Shown one piece after another: positions 14,070 to 25,700 of a stretch of DNA of 64,000 nt. The stretch's first letter is position 1; each line of letters opens with the position of its first letter. Below the pieces are notes generated by a model. The model was not told the DNA's origin. It saw nothing but the letters and a program-made list of their open reading frames with translations, and did not search any database. A program made the position numbers and the translations under genes. Location: the NCBI GenBank assembly GCA_050575255.1, contig JBNZDD010013597.1, positions 867,299 to 931,298 on the forward strand, read 5' to 3'. Source of the stretch: Harriotta raleighana. Taxonomy: Eukaryota.

Positions 14070-14742
14070 CAATAAAACCCCGTTTTATCGTGATTCGATG
14101 AACCAGAAACCACGTTGAACCAAAACCTAAAAAAAAAGTCCCGATTCGATAAACCGGAAGTTATTCGGAAAAATAGTGATGACGCATTTAATGAATCGAT
14201 TGTCACATGCAAGTACTGGTGCAGGTATTTTGGTTGGCCGCTAGTCGAGTCTAAACTCGGTTCTGCTCCTTTTAAAAGTCGCGATACTGCCTTTTTTTTA
14301 AAAAAAGTTGCGTTGCCGTTTTGTTTTCCACCATGGGGGCGGCCATTGCGAAGTTAAGTATAAATAATAAAGTACTAATACAATATTCTGTTATTATAGT
14401 TTCTGTTATTAGTGTATTTAGTCTATTATTTATATAGTATTTTTCAACATTTACAATAAAGTAGCCATATAATATTCTGTTATTAAAGTATCTGTTATTA
14501 CTGTATTTACTCTATTATTTATATGGTACCGTGTACAACATTTACAATAAAATACCCATACAATATTGTTATTATCTGTTATTATTTAGTCTATTATTAA
14601 TATGGTATGTGTTAAAATAATTTTTCATATTTGAAAAAAAGTATATTTTTAAAAATAATTTTTTAAATAAACGTTCAACCGGAAAACCATTTAACCGCCA
14701 CTGGCCAGGTCCCGTGGGTGCCGGATAAACAGGGTTTTATTG
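14070..14742 (-). mobile_element. Tigger-like MITE, related to 2068-3073 and 37881-38857, with an internal ~90-bp tandem triplication
   Basis: TA-CAATAAAACCCCGTTTTATC ... GATAAACAGGGTTTTATTG-TA. Internal sequence is shared with the other copies in reverse orientation. Confidence 0.82.
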
Positions 14743-15176
14743 TATTACAGTCATATTCTGTGAAGCACTTTGAGAAGTCTAAAAGATGTGAAAAGCACTA
14801 TATCAAATGCAAGGATTTTGATTATTATTATTTAAACCAGACTGAATTTCATACATGCAAAACCAGTCTTAGGTTTTGACTTGTAGGATTATTAGGAGCT
14901 GCCCTTGGTGATTGATCTGCTCTTCTAAGCCTTACCGATGTTCTATCATCTGCCCTACCCTACCTGTCTTTAAATACCAGACTGAGACTGCCACAGAGGA
15001 TTGATCCAACATGCGATTCCAATATTTCATTGTCAGTTGTGTCAGTTGTCAACTTGGAGCTAGTTCAAGCTCATAGATATTGTTGCTTATCCTCTCTTCC
15101 CCCAAGGAAGATAGTCAACCTCATTGGCCCCAGATACTGGGAATTATGATCAACCAGTGATGATTGTAGGGCTAAT

Positions 15177-15570
15177 TTGGCATCAGCTGGCAATGTATTC
15201 TACACGTCATACCCTTTCGAGACTGACTTGTGCCACCCCATCACTAGCCTTCCTGGAGGGCCCTGTCAAAATGATCACCATCCGTTGAGGAGTCTCAACT
15301 TCAAGATCCTCACACTTACCTACAAATCACTTCATGTCCTTGAAACCTCTCTACCTCTCAAATGTGCTCACACCCAACTCCTCAATTCAACTCAGCCAGC
15401 TCTGGCCTTCAGCATGTGCCTTGTTACCTCCACTCCACCATCGGCAGCCATGCTATCAGTCACTATGCCCCAAATTCTGGAAGTCTGCCTCAATCTCTCT
15501 GCTCTGCCTTCTCTGCCCACCTTTAGATTACACCTGAAGGCCTTTCTCTTCAATCATGCCTGCTCTGCCA
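15177..15570 (+). mobile_element. Degenerate L2-clade LINE 3' fragment
   Basis: FKILTLTYKSLH and SLPTFRLHLKAFLFN motifs. Confidence 0.75.
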
Positions 15571-16345
15571 TTGTTAAACACTGCAAGATTCTACCCTTTG
15601 TTAAAAGTCCTAAAGAAACTCAAGGTGTTCTGTTGAGTACTAGGGTTAAATGCTGATTGTGTGGGTTTCAGGGTTTCTCTGTGTCCTTGTCACCACAACG
15701 TGGCTCAGATTACAACACAGCAGCCAATTCAACAGGTATTCAAGTGTCCACTCTTAAAAATGGAAGATTGAGCCAGAGGTTTGTGAGGGTTATTAGCAGT
15801 AACTGAAGTGCTCTAGCAATTGAGTACAGGTTGAGTCCGACGTGCTGCTGAGGTGGTAATGCATCCAGTTATTTTATCTTGTCTGAATTTTAAAAACATC
15901 TAACGAGTATTTTTAATTGTTTCCCACTCAGTGAGTTAATCAATTATATGGACTTTATTAATTTTCACAAAATTAGTTTTTCTATGCCCAAAGACTTGAC
16001 TTCACTCTAATAGAGACAACCTGAATCCCATTGAAAGCTAATATTCCAATTCATTTATCACATGGTTGGTACATTTCTCTATTTTCAGTTTGATCACTGG
16101 CTGGTCCATCTCTAAGTGAATGACAGTGGACCACCTGCTGGAAGCTATTAGAAATTGTGATCCACTTCTCTGCTCCATGAGTGGAGAAGGTTAGCAAGGG
16201 AAATGTGAGAGCTCCTATGGAAAGAGAGAAACATAATAAAATGCATCTTGATTGTTTCCAAAGATCCAATAACTCAACTCCCTGTGATACATAAACCCAT
16301 GTAATAGTATCTTATTTTAGATTAAACCATTTAAGTTTTTAAAAA

Positions 16346-16566
16346 AAGGCATAACGTAGATGCTGGAAATCTGAAACACAAAACAGAAGTCGCTGGTAAC
16401 ACTCGCCTTTATCTTCCTTGCCCCTCTGTTAGTCCTTAAAAGCCTCTTTCTCCCAACATGTCCCGTTCTGACAAAGGTTTGTGGTCCCAAAACGTTTACT
16501 CATTTTCCTTTTTCCATAGATGCTACCTGACTTGCTGAGTGTTCCCAGCGACTTCTGTTTTTGTTC
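16346..16566 (+). repeat. Hairpin-type repeat, probably Penelope-like element-derived
   Basis: Inverted arms ACAAAACAGAAGTCGCTGGTAACACTC (16378-16404) and GAGTGTTCCCAGCGACTTCTGTTTTTGT (16537-16564). Internal CTGACAA...CCCAAAACG. Confidence 0.55.
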
Positions 16567-19279
16567 TAAATAAAAAATAATTTTGGGAGATCACAGCAAA
16601 AACAAAGAAATCAAACAGAACTATAACATAGGAGATTTAGAGGGATTCTATAGACGTTAAAGATTCTGAAATACCTTGAGAAGGTCAATAGGCAAACCAT
16701 TTCCTTTAGTTGGGTAATAATAACAATAATCATTAATTTGATAGATCTCCTTACTTCAATCAATCAATCAATCCAAATTTTATTTATATAGCGCCTTTCA
16801 CGTCGGGAGGACGTCCCAAAGCGCTGTACAGCCAAGTAGGGGGGGAGGGCTCAGGGAAAGGAGTAGGAAAAATTGACTGTATACTTGTCACATAGTTGAG
16901 ATGTCTCAAAATGCCTCACAGGATACACAATCAGTGGTGTGACTGTGTATGATGAGGGAGAATGTGAAATCTGTGACAAGAGGGCATGGTCTCAGGATTA
17001 TTAGCAGACGAATGAGGATAGAGGTTGATATTTTCTTCACTCAGCATTGTTAGGATGTGAACTTCATTGGCACATTTTGACTTTGACAAAGGATCCACAG
17101 ACTATTTCAAAAGAGAACTGGATGTTAAAAATGTTATGGTATTTTAGGTACAAAAGTGGATAGTGGAATTTTAAAAAGAGCATGATTCGGAAAATAGATA
17201 TCTCTGTCACAAAGATAGTTAGTGTGCTGAAGGTTTCTATCATTTAATTGTTAGCCCTGCTACTTTTCCATTAGATTTTTGGATCAAATTAACCATTTTA
17301 AATTAATTTGTTAATTAATTAACTTGATAAGAAAAAGTATGTTGTTTTAGTTTTAATGCTCTTGTCTACACAAGAATAGATTTTATGCCCCTTAGGTAAA
17401 ATTAAATGGATAGACGAAGGGATTGCAAATGCTGGAATATTTTGTTTTACTGAAAAACTGTAAAGTACGTTTTTTCAAGAATATTGTATTTTGTGTTTTT
17501 AATGATATATTGGGTTATCCACAGAGTATTGTAACGTTTTACAGGTTTAAAGGCAAAGTGATCATTGAAGTGACCTTTAAAATCCAAGGGCAGGAGTTTA
17601 TCGTGCTACGGGGAAATTCACCGAAATTTGAGGGAAATAACCCACAATAAAATAAAGATGAGGGAATAAATGGAGAGATTAAAATTTAGATAAAATAAAA
17701 TAAATCAAAGTTAATTTTGTTTTGCACTGAAACCGAGGGAACTAACTATAAAAATTGAGGTGCATAAGCCAAATTTGAGGTGATATTTTTTAGTGCTTGC
17801 TTTGCTTCACAATTATGCCACAGAAATTAATTTATACAAGTGTCTCATTATCTCTTCACCAGTTGTCCATGGTACACGTGAGAATCCTCTGGGAGTATGT
17901 TACATAAGGAGATAAGGTGACATGTGCCAATTTAATGTATGGCTCAAAACACTGCACATTTGATTTTTTCACATCTTGCAATTCAAATAGTTCATTGCTT
18001 TCCTGGCATCTCTAACTGAAAAGCAGCTGCAGAAACATAGACCGATCACAACTGAACAAGCACAGCTTATTTGTTTATGTGCCCCTGAAACTGAAGAGCT
18101 GCAGCAATGTCAACTGGTCAAAATTCATGCTGAATAAGCCGCATGTAGCTCATTTACATACAGCTGTGACTGAAGGCAGTAGGGTGAAGGGACAGCACCC
18201 AACAGAGCGCACTGCTCAGCAAACCAGATGTCAAACAACCCTTCACCAACACTGACAGTGTAGAAAGTTTGAAGTGTTAAATGTTGAATACTATGGCATG
18301 TAGACAGACCCACTGTTTTCAGTTTTTCACCAGCATCAATTGAACCAGATATTTTTATGCTGTATCTCCTGTCATAATATGTTGTGAAAGTGTGAGAAGA
18401 CTTGCATCACTGTTAACACTTTCTCAATTCATGCCGTCTCAAGCGTGAGGTCCTTTATCAGCCATCCCTATAAGTATCTCTTCACGAATTTCTGAATATT
18501 CAGTTAATTTCTAAAGCGTATATCTGCAATTAACTCAGCGATTTTTTTTATTGTTGCTTAGGAGCAAAACACACTGGCAAATATCAGCAATCGCATTGAT
18601 ATGTTTTGAATTCCCAAATCATTTGATAATGTAACGCTTTCCCAACCAGAGAAAACGCTGCTCCAAAGCTCACTCAACTGACTCAAACTTCACTCATCTG
18701 GACACAGATAATAGGATAAACTGTCAACAACATAGTCAACAGCATCTATAAAGCTTCAGCTCATTATGCACCAACAAGATCCTTCCATTTGCTGCTTTTT
18801 GTCTACGGTGGAGGTTGTTGCACAACACCAGAAGGTGAGGTACAAATGATCAGCCGCCAACATTGTGTGCAAGTTCGGTGGGTCAACCGTTCTCAAGATG
18901 GCTTGTAACATCCCTGGAAATAGCATGGGGCAAAAGGTCAGAAATGATAACATCTTTGTGTTCAAGTTTTATCAACTACTTTGCAATGTTCCTCTTCATA
19001 AAAGATGCTATATAAATGTAAATTATTAGTGAGTCATGATGTATTTGCTATAAAAGTGAACTAAATGTAACATCCTTAATGAGCAGGAGAATAAGAATGC
19101 TTCACAAGGGTCAGGAGATTTCCTTGAATAAACAAATAATAAAAGGTTATTCATTTTAGCAATGGAGACAAGCTAATCCCATTGACTGGAAACTATTACT
19201 TATTACACCAAAATTCATTTGCTTCTCCACCTCCTCTCAGAATACCCATTTACCGTGTCTTGTTCCAGTATGCATTACC

Positions 19280-20380
19280 TTATCTTCATCTGCATTTGAG
19301 TGTCTGCTTAAATTGGTTCTGATCTTTTTGAGTGCTATTTACTCTCCTGTATTAGTCATCTGCTCATAGTGCTTGATAGTGTCAACAAATTTTATATTGC
19401 AAGAGGTTCTTTCAAATTTAAATCCAGTTATGAATAATCTGAACAGAAGATGATTCAAACAGATCCCTCCAGAACTCCATTAGTGACTGCCCCCTGACAG
19501 CCTTTTGCATTCATCTTCACCTTCTGCTTGATATTAAAGGAGGTCGGAGCGAAGATAGCAGATGCTCTGGCACAGTCTTCAAACAATCTTGTAGAAACAG
19601 GAATTCAGCCAAAAGACTGGAGTGCATCAAATGTTACATAGCTGTTCAAAAACTGAAAAAGGGATAAGATAGGGCAATTAGTCTTCTCAGTTGTGGGTAA
19701 ACTTCTAGAGACTACAATATGGAATAGAGTTTGTGAACATTTAGAATGGCAGGGATATATCCAGGAAATCGCAGAATGTGTCAATAAAGAGGATAAAGCT
19801 AATGTACATATGGTTTCTGAAGCACGTTGTATTGAAAAAAATAATTGGTGGTATGGATAAAGGGGTGGCTCAAAGATAAGAGGGGTAAATGTATGTTTAT
19901 CAGATTGGTTGAATGTAGTTATTAGTATGCCCTTGGAATTTGAGTTAGAAACTATTATTTTCAATCTATATTAGCGATTTGGAANGGTAAATGTATATTT
20001 ATCAGATTGGTTGAATGTAGTTATTAGTATGCCCTTGGAATTTGAGTTAGAAACTATTATTTTCAATCTATATTAGCGATTTGGAATAAGCGAACGGACA
20101 ACAATTTCTAACCATAGCTAGAATAAGGGGTATGGCAAATTGTGAGGAAGAATGTAGGAATTGTAGTTTGACATAGCAGAGTGGGCAGAGATGTGGCATA
20201 TGCAGTTTAATCTTCAAAAATGTGAATTGCTATAGTTTGGTAGAAAAAAGAAATGAACTACAGCCTAAATGCTAAAGTTCTTTGTGGTGATCAGGAACAA
20301 GGAGATGCAGATGCATAGTTAATCGCTTCAGTGAAGAAGCTTAATAGATTAAATGGATTGCATCTGTGTTGTAATAGCTA
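19280..20380. mobile_element. Old CR1 fragments: minus-strand piece (~19280-19530) abutting a plus-strand piece (~19530-20380)
   Basis: Degenerate CR1 RT-coding sequence (GACTGG..AAATGTTACA, GCAGAGTGGGCAG..ATGTGGCA.ATGCAGTTTAAT). Boundaries approximate. Confidence 0.65.
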
Positions 20381-21540
20381 TGATAAACTAGATTTCAGCC
20401 CAACCAGCTAATTTGCTAAACTTTTCCATGACATTATCCTTGTGTGCTGTGCGTACAACACATTTTGTAGCAAATCACAGGAATTTGGGCAATGATTCAT
20501 CACCAAACAAGCCGTTCAAACAGGATCCCAGACAATATGAATTACTCTGAAGCTTTGCTCCTAACCTTGTTGAGAAGTGGTTACAAGAACACTGAAATTT
20601 ACAGCTGTGCAGTACGAACTTTCTTCATTGAATAAATATTTCAGCACATCTGTAATTTACCAAATGTTTTTAATCAGTTTTAAGTTTGAAGCCAGTTTTC
20701 TGTACTTATTAAGAAAACTTAAGAGAAAAAATGCTTCACCACTGTATTTAAGAATTTGACAAATTCTGTTCGTTTTTAAATGCTTAGAAAATTGAGTAAA
20801 TCTAGCCCTATGTGTATTTCTACTCAATAATCTTTAACGGACTAGCACTGATCAGAGATGTTTGATCAAATATACTAGATTGTTTTATTGCTACTATTGT
20901 ACAAATTAGAATTGAAAATCATGAATGTATTTAAAATCTGAGGTTTTTAGTATTATAACGTACTTTATTGCAAACAGAATCTCTCATAATCAAATAAGAC
21001 TGTTATTGAATGCTCCCCAGCAACTTTATAAAAAGTAAGATGCAAGTCCCCATCAAATAGTCTGCAAATATTGTGTATATCAGCAATTATCAGTAAAGTA
21101 AATAAGGGAGTCAAAGTAGATACCTGAAAAACGAACAGTATTGACTTGTAAAGCACTTTAGCTGTTGTAAGATTTATGCAGCCATGTTCTCCAGCATGAA
21201 AAATGACAAATAACGTGTCAGACTAGCTCTATTACAAGGATTTTGTCATTTATTTATTAGAATAGGAAAAGATTCTCTGACCTTGGAAGCATTTTTAACC
21301 TCTTGTCAGATAAATGTAGCTTCTTGTTGACTTGTACTAGAGTCAGCATTGCTGCACCAGCATTGAAATATGTTTGTGATTGAGGATACTTATGAAGGGA
21401 AATAAATATTTCATTGAGTTTACACAGTAATAAATGTTACCTTTAGCGAGTTATTTATTTATTGTGAAGAAAGACTTTCCCTTTCTTCAGGAATGGAAAT
21501 GAATAATATATTTCATACTTTGAATATTACCATTGGAATA

Positions 21541-22143
21541 TAGTGGAAACCAGAAATTTCAGCAGGATATGATTAATTAATTAAAGTTAAATATAAAAAG
21601 GGAATTAAGACAAGCGCTATGACAATCCCTTTTGAATAATTCCCAATTCCATGCACACGTGCATGCACACGTGTGAGGACGCCAACAGCCCCGACTAAAT
21701 CCGATGATTCCTCAGCTGGATGGTCCCGCGCGCATGCGCACTTTTGACGAGGCTGGCAGATCCCGACAAAAGCCAATGATTCCTTGGCTGGCTGGCCCCG
21801 CGCGCAATGCATTCTTGGATAAGTTATGGATAACAAAGCAAACTTCTAAAATGGCGGATGGTAGTGGCTTAAAGCGGCACTTAATGTTCCACTTTAAGAG
21901 GAAAAACCGACCATACCGCTTTAAGAGGAAAAACTAGCAGTGCCACTTTAGCCACTACTGGCAGCATTCAGAACTACTCGTACTCTACTCTCATGAGACA
22001 ACTGACTGACTAAATGCGCCACCAAGAGTGTGCCGGATAGCTCCGGGATGAGATCTGGTTGCTTGAATGGTGAATTATATTGGGAGGTCCCAGTTGGGTG
22101 AGTGTTCCAGATGGTTGGATGCCACATAAATGGGATTTTACTG
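21541..22143 (+). mobile_element. Degenerate Tigger-like element
   Basis: Right end ATAAATGGGATTTTACTG-TA. Internal GGTAGTGGCTTAAAGCGG and GCATTCAGAACTA blocks are shared with 2068-3073. Left boundary uncertain. Confidence 0.6.
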
Positions 22144-22477
22144 TATAATAATAATCCTTTCATCTGATATAACATTTTATCACTTTATGGAGACGTCTCA
22201 AAGCGTATCACAGAATGTACTGCAAAGTATACGCCACATATCCTTTTAACAAAAAGTATTTTTTTAATGAAAAAAGGTTCCCATTCGATTTTCGGTCTTT
22301 AAAACTTCCTAATTTTTAACTTCAAACATTGACTAACTTGTTAGAACGTTAATCCTTTTCATGATCTTACAGCCTTCCAACAAGTTATTTTACAAGCAAT
22401 TCTTTTCCAAAGTGAACAGGTTTCAACTTTAATTTTCCCAAATATCTAAAATGATTTTGACTACTTGTTTCTCAAGC

Positions 22478-22786
22478 AATAATAATATTCCTTGCAATTG
22501 ATATTGCACTTTTCACATCTTCTAGACATCTCAAAGCACTTCACAGAATATACTGTAAAGTGAATTGACTGTATATATGTGGGCAAAATATGGCAGCCAA
22601 TTGCTCACAGCAGTGTTCCACAAACAGTCATGAATTGAGTGACCAATTTATAATTTTTTTCTTGAGGGATTATTATCAGGCATGTGGAGTAAGCAAACCT
22701 GCCCAAGGTTTTGTCCTGCCAGGAATCGAATCCAGGTGTCTCGCTTGTAAGGCGAGTGCTCTAACCACTGAGATACATGACTCTAC
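22478..22786 (-). mobile_element. tRNA-derived SINE, same family
   Basis: Head (rc) TCTCAGTGGTTAGAGCACTCGCC...GGATTCGATTCC, with core and tail. Confidence 0.85.
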
Positions 22787-25700
22787 AATAATAATCTTCT
22801 AAAGATTTATCGCAGATTCAGAACCCCAAATTCCAAAGGATGAAAGAGTAGTGGCAATTTTCTTTGTTACATTGTTTCAGATGTTCTGGGAGATGCATAT
22901 GTCACTTTGAGTCATCTCTCCTCCAGCCCTTGGCTCCTATCCCCAGCTCAGGTGCCAAGTCAGGATTTGTAAGCACCTTAGGTTGTTCACCAATGTGAAA
23001 GCGAGGAGCTATATAAATGTAAATCAGTATTGTGATGCAATCTTATAGCAAGTGAGAAGCAGCACAGTCACAAGCCACCATGCAAGGGATGCTTAGTTAG
23101 CATATCTAGTAAGTCACATCACCTAGCTTTCACACAAGAGGAGGAGTGGATTCACTCCACCCTGTAAACTAGAACATGTTTGGAATTCATTTTTATCTTC
23201 AGAGCTACGATAAAAGCCTCTTCCTCTGTCCCTCCACCTTGCTTCAGCGTTCTCCATCTTCAGATCACAACTGAAGACCTACCACTTCGACTGTGCTTAT
23301 GATCACCTTTCTCCCCTCACCAGTTTGGGTTCAAGCTCCACTAGTGTTAAGTGATCTGAAACACTTGTGAAGGATACTATATACTGTACAGTACATGCAA
23401 GTTGTTGCTCTCTTGTGCCCTTTAAGTGTGTATAGTACATCAAGATCCTTAATGACCTTAAGGAATTGTGTTGTAATTGAAATCTATTGTACATGGTCTG
23501 GAAATCTTTTCATTTTGAACAAAAAATAATGTATTGATCGTAGTAAAACAGAATTGAGATTTGCAGAACACAGAATTCAATGTCAGTATTTTTCCAATCA
23601 TTTTGTCTTCTCAGAGTAAAAATGTAGGAAGATTGAAGGACAGTTCCATTTTCCTTCCCATTGATTTCAAAATCCTTCTTATAGCTCTAAGCATCAGTCA
23701 ACTGTTAATGATATTGTTTAATAGGGTTCACTTTCTTCCCCTACATGATTTATTCACAGCTGATTAAGTGCAGTTGCATTCATAAAATCATTTAAATTTA
23801 GTCTTATATCTTTTTGACTACAGTACTTACAAACGCACTCTTTTCACAGAATGCAGATTAGGATAATCTGGCTCAAAAGTATCTTCATTCAGTGTTGTTC
23901 CATGATCCACAATAAAACTATTATTTAGATGTGACATATCAGGCTATATCAATGTTCATCCATTGTTCTGTGTAGTTGCTATGCTAAGAACACATAAACC
24001 TGCCTGATTGAAGACGATGAGGTCAAAATCTTCCATGTAGAAAAGCATATGCTTTACCTTGAGTTTTGGGAAGTTCTCCCGACCTGAAAGGCGTTACACA
24101 AATATAATTTTGTTGTTGTTTTATAAGGATGGCAAATCCAGGATCTGCTAATGGTGAATTCTTCATTCTGGGCATTCAAATAAAGTTAAGAGCACATGAA
24201 TTTTTAATTCTGCAAATTCTTGTAACACTCTGAGTAGAAATGCTGAACTAGCAACAATTGTGTTAAATTAAAAGTAATTATTATCAATTATAGTCTAATA
24301 TATGTTTAAAATTAAATTGATCCTGCCAACACTCGCTTCCTTTACAGTGCTCTCAATATTATCCCAAATTCCACTCTCAGTACTATTTCAAGAAAATTGG
24401 ATTAATGTGGATATATCCACTTATTTTTATGATGGTGTCAGATACCATGGCAGACACTGCTGTCCATCATATGCCAATCACTAAAATTATAATCTTTTTG
24501 TTACAGCTTTAGAATTTGTAAGACATCTGTCTTGTTGCATCATATTATTAATAATAATATTGCATTAAATATAGTGCATTACCATATTGTCATAGTGTCT
24601 CAAAGACTTTCACAGAATTTACTGCAAAGTGTAGTTATTATGTATTTGTAGGCCAACAAGGCAGCACAGCAACATTTCACAATAGCCATAAAGTTAATGA
24701 CCATTTTTATCTGGGGAAATGTTGCTTAGTACTATACTTCACCTTTTCATGTAATGATATGGGAAAATTACCATCCACTGGTAAACAAGACCTTGGTTTA
24801 ACATCTCTTCTGAAGGACCGCAACTTCAACAATGCAGCACATTCAATCCAACAGCTTTGAGCTCATAGACCCAACATGGTATTTAAACCCACAACCTTCC
24901 AACTCAGTGGTTAGCATGATAACCAGTGAACCAGGCTGATCAGAAATCTTCCTTTCTCCTATTTTGGGGAAGGATAGAAGGATCCATTTGTAAAGTATGT
25001 CTCACTAATGTTTTAATTTTATTCTGGTGAAAGGTTTAAGTGCTATTCCTTTCAATAGATGTAAGAAGCGCTGATGAGCAGAATGCACTTGTACCCAAAA
25101 CACAGTAACGTTAGAATGTGGCTCGCCAATTCAGCTAAATTCAAAACAGATTTTTTTCCATGACATTTTCAGAGAACTGTCCATTTGCCACTTTAGAGCT
25201 TCTTTGCCTGGTGTGGTTTCTACTTCATTGGGGGAGTTTTAAGTGTATCACATTAAAAGTCACGTTCATTTATTTTATCTTTGTTCAAGTTTTCTTTCCA
25301 TGGAAACTAAAATGAACCTCAGATTATCTTCCGGTCCATTGGCTGCTTATATATTTTTAAATACTCTGGATGAATGATCCAGTTGTTGCTGCTGTTGTAA
25401 TAATGCTTTCAGTAAATATTAAACTCTTCAGAAATTTTCTTTGGAAATATTGGACTATCAATCTTTATTACTGAGAGTATATGTTTCATGCACTTTCATG
25501 ACTTGTAGAAATCATGAATGTCTTTGATGAGGGAGATTTCAGTACTATTTAACATGAAGCTGAACTACAAATTTATGTTTTCTAGGTGAGTTCAGTCAAA
25601 TGTCAATACAGTACAGTGATTATAGATGTGCTTTTGAAAAAATGCACAATGGTTTTAGATTGTAAGAAAGGTGTTTGAAGATTGCTATCCAGAAACTCCT

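Noticed and set aside
19884-20086. ~100-bp tandem duplication with one mismatch
   Set aside because: The copies flank a single N at 19985. Likely a contig overlap or two haplotypes.
25071-25102. CTGATGA...AAAAC hammerhead-like words (also 49244-49271)
   Set aside because: No convincing stem II or flanking stems; compatible with chance.
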